DNA from: Chloroflexota bacterium
GTDB taxonomy: Bacteria; Chloroflexota; Anaerolineae; Aggregatilineales; UBA3940
NCBI GenBank assembly: GCA_010092885.1
Contig: JAADYX010000159.1
Span: 27,554-91,553, forward strand
DNA length: 64,000 nucleotides
Reading direction: 5' to 3'
A model generated the notes under the pieces. It searched no databases. It had not been told where the DNA came from and was given only the letters and a program-made list of their open reading frames with translations. Made by a program: the position numbers and the translations under genes. This document shows positions 52,251 to 61,237 of this stretch, piece after piece (the first letter of the stretch is position 1; each line of letters begins with the position of its first letter).

Positions 52251-52279
52251 ACTATAGCGCACCCTATTACTCTCAGCAA
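52251..52279 (-). promoter_or_regulatory. Putative promoter of the aminopeptidase gene
   Basis: Minus strand: TTGCTG (52279..52274), 17 bp spacer, TATAGT (52256..52251). Confidence 0.5.
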
Positions 52280-52286
52280 GGGTGGG

Positions 52287-52315
52287 TTGTCAACCAAGTT
52301 CGACAGGGATAGACT
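52287..52315 (+). promoter_or_regulatory. Putative promoter of the dgt-dprA-manC-topA gene string
   Basis: TTGTCA (52287..52292), 17 bp spacer, TAGACT (52310..52315). It lies back-to-back with the aminopeptidase promoter. Confidence 0.5.
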
Positions 52316-52334
52316 GGCACCCGGAGGGACACAC

Positions 52335-53495
52335 ATGATCAATACCCGAGATATTATCGAAGACCGGGAGCGGCAGGTCCTGGCACCCTACGCATTGAAA
52401 AGCGGCGACTCACAGGGACGCAAACACCAAGAAGAGGCACCACGCCACCGGACACACTTTCAGCGCGACCGGGATCGCATTTTGCATACAACCGCGTTCC
52501 GCCGCCTGGAATACAAGACCCAGGTTTTTGTCAATCACGAGGGGGACTATTTTCGCACCCGGCTGACCCACACACTGGAAGTGCAGCAAATCGGGCGAAC
52601 TATCGCTCGGGCGCTCGGTGCTAATGAGGATCTGGTGGAAGCGATCTGTCTGGTACACGATATCGGCCATCCACCCTTCGGGCACTCCGGTGAGGCGACA
52701 CTCAACCAGCTGATGGCCGACCACGGCGGCTTTGATCACAATGAGCAGGCCCTGCGCATTGTCACCTGGCTCGAACAACGATACCCTGAATTCAACGGAT
52801 TGAACCTTACCTACGAACTGCGCGACGGCATCGTGAAGCACGAAACCGAGTACGATGTGCGTGGCAACCACCCTGAGTACAATCCGGATCTGCGCGGCAG
52901 CCTGGAAGCACAGATCGCGAACGCATCCGATGAGTTGGCCTATACTGCTCACGATCTGGACGATGGTCTGTACTCCGGGCTAATTACACCCGCGCAGTGC
53001 CGTGACCTCGCCCTGTGGCAGCTGGTCGAAGAATCAACCGGCATGGATACAACCACCCTCACTGAGATGGACCGGCATGTGTTTGTGCGGCGGCTGATCG
53101 GCATCCTGGTACGGGATATGATCGAAGCAACCCACACACGTATTCGGGCCGCACAACCGGAATCCGCGCTGGCTATCCAGAAGCTCGACCACAACGTCAC
53201 GGCGCACTCCAGCGAGATGGCGAGCATGGTTGCACAGACAAAAACCTTCCTGTATGAGAATATGTACTATCACTACCGGGTGGTGCGTATGGCCCAAAAG
53301 GCCGACCGGTTCATCAAGCAGCTGTTTGATGCTTACCGGAGCGCACCCAAACAGCTCCCGACAAAAACGCAGGCGCGGCTGCGCACCGAGGAACTCCCCT
53401 TGGAACGCGTGATCTGCGACTACATCGCGGGCATGACAGATCGCTACGCGCAGGAGGAAATCCAGCGCCTGTTCGAGCCTTTTATCCGCCCGTGA
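52335..53495 (+). CDS. dgt: dGTP triphosphohydrolase-like HD-domain protein
   Basis: Trimmed to ATG 52335 (GGAGGG SD). FQRDRDRILHTTAFRRLEYKTQVF, RLTHTLEVQQI, VHDIGHPPFGH. Confidence 0.85.
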   Translation: MINTRDIIEDRERQVLAPYALKSGDSQGRKHQEEAPRHRTHFQRDRDRILHTTAFRRLEYKTQVFVNHEGDYFRTRLTHTLEVQQIGRTIARALGANEDLVEAICLVHDIGHPPFGHSGEATLNQLMADHGGFDHNEQALRIVTWLEQRYPEFNGLNLTYELRDGIVKHETEYDVRGNHPEYNPDLRGSLEAQIANASDELAYTAHDLDDGLYSGLITPAQCRDLALWQLVEESTGMDTTTLTEMDRHVFVRRLIGILVRDMIEATHTRIRAAQPESALAIQKLDHNVTAHSSEMASMVAQTKTFLYENMYYHYRVVRMAQKADRFIKQLFDAYRSAPKQLPTKTQARLRTEELPLERVICDYIAGMTDRYAQEEIQRLFEPFIRP

Positions 53496-53498
53496 CCG

Positions 53499-54590
53499 AT
53501 GGAACGCCAGTATTGGGTAGGCTTCAGCTATGTAAAGGGGATCGGTCCAACACGTGTCCGGCAGCTCCTGGCTTATTTCGGTTCGTTGGAAGAAGCCTGG
53601 CACGCTGGGCGGGACGCCCTGCAGGAAGCTGGGCTGGACAAACGCGCACTGAAAAGCCTGCTCGAAACACGCCCTCGACTGAACACCGCAGGTGAACTGG
53701 CCCGGCTGGACAAGCTTGGTATCGCTGTGCTGACATGGGAAGACGAAGATTATCCGCCGCTTCTGGCTGAACTGCGCGCCATCGATCACGCGCCGCCTGT
53801 CATATATATGCGGGGCACCCTCACGCAGCGCGATCAGTGGGCCCTGGCGGTGGTCGGCACACGCCGGATCTCGGCTTATGGGCGGCAGGTCACGCGGACT
53901 CTGGTCGGCGATATCGCCCGCGGCGGGGTCACCGTGATCAGTGGTATGGCAAAAGGCATTGATGCAGAGGCCCATCAGGCCGCATTGGAAGCCGGCGCAC
54001 GCACTATTGCAGTGCTGCCCTGCGGAATGGATACGATCTATCCGCCAGAACACCGCGGGTTGGCCACACAGATCGTGCAGCAGGGTGCCGTCCTGACGCA
54101 GTTTCCGCTGGGGACAAAACCGGAGGCGGGCAACTTTCCGCCGCGCAACCGGACCCTCAGCGGATTGGCGCGTGGCGTCCTGGTCATTGAAGCCGGACAT
54201 AAGAGCGGCGCGCTGATCACCGCGAACCATGCACTCGAACAGGGGCGCGAGGTTTTCGCCGTGCCTGGCAATATCACCATGCGCAACAGCGATGGCACCA
54301 ACCGGTTGATCCGTGATGGCGCGCACCCTGTTACAGAAGCGCACGACGTGCTGGAAGTGCTCGATATGGACCGGGTTGAGCAGCATATCAGTGCACAGCA
54401 GGCTCTTCCACCGATGAGCGATATTGAGCAGACCATCAACGATGTGCTATCGTTTGAACCAACACATGTTGATGAGATCGTCCAGGCGTCGGGCCTGCCG
54501 ACCAATCAGGTGACCAGCACGCTGACCATGCTCGTTCTGAAGGGGCTGGCCCAGGAAGTCGATACGATGGTTTACGTCAAAACACGATGA
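53499..54590 (+). CDS. dprA: DNA processing/protecting protein DprA
   Basis: VVGTRRISAYG, SGMAKGIDAEAHQAAL, SGALITANHALEQGREVFAVPG. Confidence 0.9.
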   Translation: MERQYWVGFSYVKGIGPTRVRQLLAYFGSLEEAWHAGRDALQEAGLDKRALKSLLETRPRLNTAGELARLDKLGIAVLTWEDEDYPPLLAELRAIDHAPPVIYMRGTLTQRDQWALAVVGTRRISAYGRQVTRTLVGDIARGGVTVISGMAKGIDAEAHQAALEAGARTIAVLPCGMDTIYPPEHRGLATQIVQQGAVLTQFPLGTKPEAGNFPPRNRTLSGLARGVLVIEAGHKSGALITANHALEQGREVFAVPGNITMRNSDGTNRLIRDGAHPVTEAHDVLEVLDMDRVEQHISAQQALPPMSDIEQTINDVLSFEPTHVDEIVQASGLPTNQVTSTLTMLVLKGLAQEVDTMVYVKTR

Positions 54591-54601
54591 GGAGGACTAC
54601 C

Positions 54602-55684
54602 GTGGAAAACGCATACGCTGTTATTATGGCCGGTGGCGCGGGGACTCGCCTGTGGCCGCTGAGCCGGAAGTCCCGGCCTAAACCGCTGCTGCAATTATTG
54701 GAAGATGATCGTTCGCTGTTCCAGATCGCTGTGGACCGGCTGCACCCTCTGTTTCCACCGGAGCGCGTCTTGGTGATCGCGAATGCGCATCTGTGCGAGC
54801 TGCTGAGCACGCAGACCCCGCACATTCCGGAGGAAAACTTCATTGTGGAGCCGGCCGGTCGCGACACGGGCCCAGCGGTCGGGTTGGCCGCGGTCCATGT
54901 GCACCATCGCGCCCCCAACGGTGTGATGGCCATTCTCACAGCGGATCATATCATAAGAAATGAACAAAAATTCCGCGATGTTTTGGCCGCTGCTTGCGAA
55001 GTCGCGGCTTCTGGTGATATCGTCACCCTCGGTATCAAGCCGGATTACCCGGCGACCGGTTTCGGCTATATCGATCGGGGAGAGCACTTCAAGACGGTCG
55101 ATGGCATTGATGTGTACGCACTCAAGCGCTTCATTGAGAAGCCGGATGAGGACACAGCGCAGTCCTTCCTTGATGCCGGAACGTACAGTTGGAACAGCGG
55201 CATGTTCGTGTGGCCTACCGAAAGGGTGCTCGTAGAGTTCGAGCGGCATGCTCCACAGCTCCACACACACCTAGCTGCAATTGCCGATGCGCTTGAGATG
55301 GACACGTATGACGATGTGTTGAGAGAGACGTGGTCAAAGGTTGAGAAGAAATCCGTTGACTATGCTCTAATGGAACACATTGACGAAGGCATCCGCGTCA
55401 TCCCCGTGGAGATGGGCTGGGCCGATATCGGTAATTTTAAGGCCCTACACACCATCCGGAGTGATGAAGAGACAGACAACGTCACACGAGGCCCGCGGTC
55501 GATTCTGCTCGACACACGGGGTTCGGTTGTTTTTAGTGAGAAGCTGGTGGCAACGATTGGACTTGACAACATCGTTATCATTGATACAGACGATGTTCTG
55601 CTGGTTTGCCATCGCGATCACGCGCAGGATGTCAAGGCCCTTGTAAAACGCCTGAGGGATCAGGAGCTGACAGACTACTTATGA
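54602..55684 (+). CDS. Mannose-1-phosphate guanylyltransferase (nucleotidyltransferase only, no isomerase domain)
   Basis: GTG 54602 follows GAGGAGGA; the track start ATG 54587 overlapping the dprA stop is the alternative. YAVIMAGGAGTRLWPLSR, GYIDRGE, EKPDEDTA. Confidence 0.8.
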   Translation: MENAYAVIMAGGAGTRLWPLSRKSRPKPLLQLLEDDRSLFQIAVDRLHPLFPPERVLVIANAHLCELLSTQTPHIPEENFIVEPAGRDTGPAVGLAAVHVHHRAPNGVMAILTADHIIRNEQKFRDVLAAACEVAASGDIVTLGIKPDYPATGFGYIDRGEHFKTVDGIDVYALKRFIEKPDEDTAQSFLDAGTYSWNSGMFVWPTERVLVEFERHAPQLHTHLAAIADALEMDTYDDVLRETWSKVEKKSVDYALMEHIDEGIRVIPVEMGWADIGNFKALHTIRSDEETDNVTRGPRSILLDTRGSVVFSEKLVATIGLDNIVIIDTDDVLLVCHRDHAQDVKALVKRLRDQELTDYL

Positions 55685-58062
55685 GCGAACAATTAGAGGC
55701 GTATTGCGTAAAGTGCAAGGCTAAACGCCCCATGGCGGAAACACAGCCCGTTTTTACCAAAACAGGCACGCCCGCTACACGCGGCGTGTGTTCCGTGTGT
55801 GGCACCAATCTCTACCGGATGGGCGAAACGGCCGCGCATGAAGGTATGGAGCGGCCTGAACCGGTCGCCCCAAAGAGAAAAAAGAAGAAAAAATCGAGCA
55901 ATGGGACCGGACGGCGTGGCAGATTGGTGATCGTCGAATCACCGGCTAAAGCCAAAACCATCGGCAAGTATTTGGGGCGGGGATACACCGTCAAGGCCTC
56001 AGTTGGGCACATACGAGACCTGCTGAAGACCAAGCTGTCCGTCGATGTGGACAACGACTTCGAGCCACAATACCGTGTCCCGAATGAGAAGCGCGATGTG
56101 GTCAAGGATCTCAAGAAAGCAGCCGCCAGAGCGAAAGATATCTATCTGGCTACAGACCCCGACCGTGAAGGCGAGGCGATTGCCTGGCACCTGCTTGAAG
56201 CTGCTGAGATCGAAGCGGAACGCGCCCACCGGGTTGTGTTTTATGAGATCACCCAGGACGCTGTGCAGGAGGCATTCGAGAACCCGCGTGAGATCGACCA
56301 ACATTTGGTGGATGCACAGCAGGCCCGCCGCATCTTAGATAGGCTGGTGGGGTATGAACTCAGCCCGCTGCTGTGGGAAAAGATCCGTCCGCGACTTTCT
56401 GCGGGCCGTGTGCAGTCGGTCGCCGTACGGCTGATTGTCGAACGCGAACGCGAGATCGACAACTTTGTGCCTGTTGAATACTGGTCAATCGAAGCCGACC
56501 TCGCCCGTGAAGATGAGGCTGGTTTTGATGACCGCATTGTGTTCCGGGCCAAGCTGCATAAGATTGCAGGTGAGGACGTCGACCTGCCCGATGAGGACAC
56601 TGTACGCCCCATCGTGGCTGACCTCGAGCAGTCTGAGTACATCGTCTCGGATGTTAAGCATGGCACGCGGCGGCGCAACCCTTCCGCACCTTTCACGACG
56701 AGCACCCTGCAGCAGGAAGCGTCGCGCCGGATCAACTTCAATGCGCGCAAGACGATGCGTATTGCCCAGCAGCTGTATGAGGGAATCGAGCTGGCGGACG
56801 GTGAAACAGTCGGTCTGATCACCTACATGCGCACCGACAGTACGAATATCTCCGCACAGGCCCAAGCGGAAGCCGCAGCACTCATCCGCGAGACGTACGG
56901 CGGTGAGTACCTGCCGAAAACGCCCAACACGTATTCGACAAAAGCGAAATCCGCACAGGAGGCCCACGAAGCCATCCGACCGACGAGTGTATGGCGCACC
57001 CCTGACGACGTAAAAGAGTATCTCTCGCGGGACCAGCGGCGGTTGTACACATTGATCTGGCAGCGGTTTGTCGCCAGCCAGATGGCACCCGCCGTATACA
57101 ACACCCTGCGGGTGGATATCGTGGCCGGGCTGCCCAGCACACCATTCGAACAACGACCGTACCTCTTCCGGGCGACGGGTTCCAGCATCCGGTTTATGGG
57201 TTTCCTGGCTGTATACGCAGACTATTCTGACGAGGACAATCCAGATGATGACGATCTGGACCGTGTCTTCCCAGAGCTGACGGTGGATGACGTGCTCGAC
57301 CTGATCGAGCTGTTCCCGCAGCAGCACTTCACACAGCCGCCACCACGCTACAGTGAGGCCACCCTGGTCAAAACGCTTGAGGAGATGGGCATTGGCAGGC
57401 CAAGTACATATGCGCCCATCATCAACACGATCCAGCATCGCGGATATGTGGAACGCGATGGTAAACGGTTGGTGCCAACTGAGACAGGCACCATCGTCAA
57501 TGACCTGCTTGTCGAGCACTTCGAGGAAGTGGTGGACTATAATTTCACCGCCCATATGGAAGAGGACCTCGACCGGATCGCGTCTGGCCAGCAGGATTGG
57601 GTACCCATCATCCGCGAGTTCTACGTGCCATTCAAGGAAGAGGTGGAGTGGGCACGCGAGAATGTACCCAATATCGACTTGGATGTGGAGGTCGGCCGCG
57701 AGTGCCCCGAATGCGGCAACGCCCTGATTATCCGGTGGGGACGGTATGGCAAGTTCATTGGCTGCTCGAACTTCCCTGAATGCCGGTACACAGAACCCTG
57801 GCTGGAATACATCGGTGTGTCCTGCCCCTGTGACAAAGGCGGTGAGATTGTCGAGAAGAAAACCCGGCGCGGGCGCACCTTCTACGGCTGTTCCAACTAT
57901 CCGGAGTGTGAGTGGACCAGCTGGAAACGCCCCCTACCCGATCCGTGCCCGGTTTGCGGTGGGTATCTCGTCAGAAAGAACAAAGACTGGGCCAAGTGCC
58001 TTGATTGTGAGTCTGAAACTGAACTCAGCCGGCTGCCATCCGTCGAGGCAGAAGGTGTGTAA
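55681..58062 (+). CDS. topA: DNA topoisomerase I with an extra N-terminal zinc ribbon and poly-Lys tract
   Basis: Trimmed to ATG 55681 (ATGA overlap with the upstream stop). N-terminus: CVKCKAKRPM...GVCSVCG, then KRKKKKKSS. Toprim: LVIVESPAKAKTIGKYLG. Active-site Tyr context: GLITYMRTDS. Three C-terminal C4 zinc ribbons. Confidence 0.92.
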   Translation: MSEQLEAYCVKCKAKRPMAETQPVFTKTGTPATRGVCSVCGTNLYRMGETAAHEGMERPEPVAPKRKKKKKSSNGTGRRGRLVIVESPAKAKTIGKYLGRGYTVKASVGHIRDLLKTKLSVDVDNDFEPQYRVPNEKRDVVKDLKKAAARAKDIYLATDPDREGEAIAWHLLEAAEIEAERAHRVVFYEITQDAVQEAFENPREIDQHLVDAQQARRILDRLVGYELSPLLWEKIRPRLSAGRVQSVAVRLIVEREREIDNFVPVEYWSIEADLAREDEAGFDDRIVFRAKLHKIAGEDVDLPDEDTVRPIVADLEQSEYIVSDVKHGTRRRNPSAPFTTSTLQQEASRRINFNARKTMRIAQQLYEGIELADGETVGLITYMRTDSTNISAQAQAEAAALIRETYGGEYLPKTPNTYSTKAKSAQEAHEAIRPTSVWRTPDDVKEYLSRDQRRLYTLIWQRFVASQMAPAVYNTLRVDIVAGLPSTPFEQRPYLFRATGSSIRFMGFLAVYADYSDEDNPDDDDLDRVFPELTVDDVLDLIELFPQQHFTQPPPRYSEATLVKTLEEMGIGRPSTYAPIINTIQHRGYVERDGKRLVPTETGTIVNDLLVEHFEEVVDYNFTAHMEEDLDRIASGQQDWVPIIREFYVPFKEEVEWARENVPNIDLDVEVGRECPECGNALIIRWGRYGKFIGCSNFPECRYTEPWLEYIGVSCPCDKGGEIVEKKTRRGRTFYGCSNYPECEWTSWKRPLPDPCPVCGGYLVRKNKDWAKCLDCESETELSRLPSVEAEGV

Positions 58063-58069
58063 CATAGAT

Positions 58070-58097
58070 GGGATGGGGTTTCCCCATCCCGATTTTT
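58070..58097 (+). terminator. Intrinsic terminator after topA
   Basis: GGGATGGGG (58070..58078), loop ttt, CCCCATCCC (58082..58090), then GATTTTT. Confidence 0.7.
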
Positions 58098-58198
58098 GCA
58101 AGAGAACTGTATCGAGTACAATAGTTGGCGATTAACCCTTCACCGTCCTGCGTATCCGAGCGCAAGATGTTCGTTCCCTCAAAGCAAGGAAGAGGCCA

Positions 58199-59371
58199 AT
58201 GTTTGACCTTGACCAACTTTCCCGTGTACGCCCCATACTAACCCACATCGGGATCTTTATTGTCGGCCTGATTCTCGGTGCGCTGGCCGGGCGTGGTGGG
58301 GTGCAGATCGTGGACACCGGGCTCTGGCAGCTCGGCACGAGCTACCAGGCGATCTATGTGCAGTCCGTGGCAGACGCCTACGCATTCGACAACAACGAGG
58401 CTGTGGCAATTGACCGGCTCTCCTATCTGTGCCAGGCAGAGGATGCCAACCAGCTGCAGGCTGCCTTTACGGAAGCCGAAAGCCGTGCACAGGGTGCGCC
58501 TGAGCGCCTTGAGAACCTGAATGAACTGCGTGCTCTCAGCGACCAGGTACAGCAGAATCCAGAGGTTGCTGTGTGCAGTTTGCGCCCGGCCAACAGCTCG
58601 GTGGTGGGCCGTGTCCTCCCCATTGCGCTGGCGCTGCTCATTATTGTCGGCCTGGCCGGGTACGGCATTTACCTTGTGATCGGTATGGGTGAGCAAGAAG
58701 CCGCCGCGGAAAAGAAACTGGACGATCAACCTGTTTCCAAGCGGGCAGCGGCCGCACAAGGCACCACCACTGGAGCACAGTCACGCGCTGCGCCCGGCAT
58801 CCCGATCCCAGGTGTAGGTGGGCGTGGTGCCGCAGCTGAAGCACCCTCTGGCAAAGAAAGTGCTGCTTCGATCGGTGCATCCATCTCACAGCAGGCAGAG
58901 AAGACGGACTTCGAGGCAAAAGGCCTCAAACCACCCGTAGTCCAATTTATGACGACCTACCTGCACGGCGACGATCTGTACGATGACTCATTCAGCATCG
59001 AAACGCCGTCAGGCGAGTTCCTCGGTGAGACGGGTGTGGGTATCTCTGAGACGATCAGCGGGGGCAACGGCAACAAGCAGGTCACAGCATTCGAGGTATG
59101 GCTGTTCGACAAGAACGACATCCGGACCGTGACCAAGGTCATCATGAGCGACCATGCATTCAATGATGCGACCATCCGTGATAAACTGAAGGCCAAGGGC
59201 GAACCTGTCAAGGCAGAACCGGGCAAGAACGTCATCTTGGAAACAGCGACACTGCGGATCCAGGCACGCATCGTGGATATGAGCTACGGCTCAGGGCCTG
59301 TACCGCCCAACAGCCGCTTCGACCGTATCACCCTTGAGCTGGCAGCCTGGAAGCGTGAGGATGTTTCCTAG
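58199..59371 (+). CDS. Hypothetical two-TM protein with an uncharacterised ~170-aa C-terminal domain
   Basis: GGAAGAGG SD. TM1: ILTHIGIFIVGLILGALAG. TM2: VLPIALALLIIVGLAGYGIYLVIG. An A/G-rich linker is followed by the C-terminal domain VQFMTTYLHGDDLYDDSFSIETPSGEFLGETG...TLRIQARIVDMSYG. No family recognised. Confidence 0.6.
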   Translation: MFDLDQLSRVRPILTHIGIFIVGLILGALAGRGGVQIVDTGLWQLGTSYQAIYVQSVADAYAFDNNEAVAIDRLSYLCQAEDANQLQAAFTEAESRAQGAPERLENLNELRALSDQVQQNPEVAVCSLRPANSSVVGRVLPIALALLIIVGLAGYGIYLVIGMGEQEAAAEKKLDDQPVSKRAAAAQGTTTGAQSRAAPGIPIPGVGGRGAAAEAPSGKESAASIGASISQQAEKTDFEAKGLKPPVVQFMTTYLHGDDLYDDSFSIETPSGEFLGETGVGISETISGGNGNKQVTAFEVWLFDKNDIRTVTKVIMSDHAFNDATIRDKLKAKGEPVKAEPGKNVILETATLRIQARIVDMSYGSGPVPPNSRFDRITLELAAWKREDVS

Positions 59372-59394
59372 CGGCCAATGCAATAGCAAACCAA

Positions 59395-59424
59395 CAGACC
59401 CCCGTCAGAACAGGCGGGGGTCTG
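59395..59424. terminator. Hairpin between convergent genes (greA-side U-rich tail)
   Basis: CAGACCCCCG (59395..59404), 10-nt loop, CGGGGGTCTG (59415..59424). On the minus strand it is followed by UUGGUUUGCUAUU. Confidence 0.55.
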
Positions 59425-59440
59425 TCAGTCACTCGGGCTC

Positions 59441-59884
59441 TCAGGAGACATCAAGCACGTTAAATGTGATGGAGCCTCCCGGCACATCCACGGTGACTTT
59501 GTCGCCCTTTTTGGCGCGGTTGAGAGCCTTGCCGATGGGTGAGTCCACCGATATTTTGCGCTCTGCGGGATCGGCTTCAGAAGAGCCAACAATCTGGTAG
59601 ACTTCTTCCTCATCGAAGCCTTCCTCGACGACGGTGACCGTCTTAATGTCTTCCATGATAATGGCACCGCTGATCAGGTCTTCGAGCTCCTTGATGCGCC
59701 CCTCAAGAAACCCCTGATCTTCCTTCGCGGAAATGTATTCCGCATTCTCTTTGAGATCCCCCATGGCGATAGCTGCCTTGAGCCGCCTAGCAAGGGCCGG
59801 GCGTTCGACGTTTTCCTTGTGTTCGAGCTCTGCTTTGAGCTCTTCGTGCTTCTCGCGTGACATTCTATAACGATTGTCCGACAT
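59441..59884 (-). CDS. greA: Transcription elongation factor GreA
   Basis: Trimmed to ATG 59884 (GGAGGT SD). The coiled-coil N-terminus is HEELKAELEHKENVERPALARRLKAAIAMGDLKENAEY. The C-terminal globular domain is DSPIGKALNRAKKGDKVTVDVPGG. Confidence 0.88.
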   Translation of the reverse strand: MSDNRYRMSREKHEELKAELEHKENVERPALARRLKAAIAMGDLKENAEYISAKEDQGFLEGRIKELEDLISGAIIMEDIKTVTVVEEGFDEEEVYQIVGSSEADPAERKISVDSPIGKALNRAKKGDKVTVDVPGGSITFNVLDVS

Positions 59885-59966
59885 ATTTACCTCCATGGGA
59901 ATAAAAGTTCGCCCAACCTGCCAGGTGGCAGGCTGTGTGTTCCTATCGGGCTGGTCTTGGGAGAGT

Positions 59967-60530
59967 TCAGTCAGTGAGGCCGGGCAGCAGGTGCACGATC
60001 ATGACCCGGTTGTGCAAGTCCACCTTTTTGATCACTTCCGGTATGGCGGGCAGCAGCAGTTCCTGCCCGTCATCGGTTGTGATCACGTATACATCGTTCG
60101 CTCCCGTTTCAATGTAGTCGGTCAGACGGCCAAGGCGCTGACCATCCTCTGTCATCACAGCGATGTTCTCGATCTGGTACAGATAGTACTCGCCATCTTC
60201 CAAAGGGACGGCGTCCTCAAGCCGGATGTAAACCTGCTCTCCGCGGAGATGATCGGCTTCTTCACGGCTTTCGACTTCGGCAAGTTGAACGATCATTTTC
60301 CCCTTGTGGGGTCGGATGCGGTCAATCGAGTAGGGTGCATAGTCCAACCCAAGGTATAACTGCTCAAGCTTGATTAACCGTTCCGGATGTTCAGTCACCA
60401 CCCGCATCGAAAGCTCACCGCGCACACCATGCGGCCTGAGGACTTCGCCCACAAGCAGATAGTCTGGTTCGCCTGTCTGCGGTGCACGCTGCTGCTTATT
60501 GTAACGAAAAGGGCGGTTGCGCCTTGGCAT
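59967..60530 (-). CDS. rimM: 16S rRNA processing protein RimM
   Basis: ATG 60530 lies 1 nt after the KH-protein stop; the longer track start 60554 is possible. LLVGEVLRPHGVRGEL, plus a PRC-barrel C-terminus. Confidence 0.85.
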   Translation of the reverse strand: MPRRNRPFRYNKQQRAPQTGEPDYLLVGEVLRPHGVRGELSMRVVTEHPERLIKLEQLYLGLDYAPYSIDRIRPHKGKMIVQLAEVESREEADHLRGEQVYIRLEDAVPLEDGEYYLYQIENIAVMTEDGQRLGRLTDYIETGANDVYVITTDDGQELLLPAIPEVIKKVDLHNRVMIVHLLPGLTD

Positions 60531-60531
60531 A

Positions 60532-60759
60532 TCAGACAATTTCCAGATTGACACGTTTACCTTGTTTAGCGGCCATCACTTTTAGCAGTGTGCGCATTGC
60601 GTTGGCTACGCGCCCATTGCGTCCGATGACACGTCCCATGTCATCCGGAGCAACGCTAAGCTCAAGGATAACAGAATTGGATCCTTCGATCTCACGGACG
60701 ACCACCTTCTCGGGGTCATCCACCAATGACTTTGCAATGTACTCCACGAGTTCTTTCAT
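60532..60759 (-). CDS. KH-domain RNA-binding protein (YlqC/UPF0109 type)
   Basis: MKELVEYIAKSLVDDPEKVVV and GRVIGRNGRVANAMRTLL. Conserved position between rpsP and rimM. Confidence 0.85.
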   Translation of the reverse strand: MKELVEYIAKSLVDDPEKVVVREIEGSNSVILELSVAPDDMGRVIGRNGRVANAMRTLLKVMAAKQGKRVNLEIV

Positions 60760-60801
60760 AGCTGTCGATATGCTCCGCTGCAGAGAGTGTGCTTTCGGAG
60801 A

Positions 60802-61224
60802 CTATGCCTCATCATCTTCAACAGGCTCTTCAACCGGTGCAGCAACGACAGCCGGCGCCTTCTTGGCGGGCTTGATGTCATCGCGGCGTGTGCGGGGATC
60901 AACAGGCGTGCGCGCAGCCAAAGCCGCTTCCGCTTCGGCCAACAGATCCTCAAGAGCCTCACCGGCGCGCAGACGCTCCAGCCGGTCAAGTGTGCCTTGG
61001 TTGCGCAGCATACGCTCCACGGCCTCGGATGGCTGTGCCCCGTTGCTCAGCCAGTAAAGCGCGCGTTCCTCGTCGATCTCTACCGTTGCCGGTTCGGTGC
61101 GCGGATTGTAGAAGCCGATGGCTTCGATAAACCGACCATCACGCGGGCTGCGTTTGTTCGCGACCACCACACGATAGCTTGGCTGGTTTCTTGCGCCGAC
61201 ACGGCGCAGGCGGATACGTACCAT
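60802..61224 (-). CDS. rpsP: 30S ribosomal protein S16 with an extended charged C-terminal tail
   Basis: [22 protein letters not shown]. At 140 aa it is about 50 aa longer than the minimal S16 core. Confidence 0.92.
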   Translation of the reverse strand: MVRIRLRRVGARNQPSYRVVVANKRSPRDGRFIEAIGFYNPRTEPATVEIDEERALYWLSNGAQPSEAVERMLRNQGTLDRLERLRAGEALEDLLAEAEAALAARTPVDPRTRRDDIKPAKKAPAVVAAPVEEPVEDDEA

Positions 61225-61237
61225 GATTTCTCCTCTT

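Noticed and set aside
53034-54386. A 450-aa minus-strand ORF, the longest unannotated ORF in the track, spanning the dgt/dprA junction
   Set aside because: It lies antisense to two genes with unmistakable motifs (HDIGHPPFGH; GMAKGIDAEAH). Its translation is rich in R/H/G/C/Q with no recognisable motif, SD or domain. This is typical shadow-ORF behaviour in GC-rich DNA.
56485-57555. A 356-aa minus-strand ORF inside topA. Similar long antisense ORFs: 42844..43731 (GT4), 37870..38748 (metG), 19894..20646 (holB), 17522..18208 (dnaG), 28123..28785 (pdxT), 46519..47172 (response regulator)
   Set aside because: All lie opposite confidently identified genes. They lack start-site context and have the skewed Arg/His/Gly composition of antisense frames. 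They are not called as genes.
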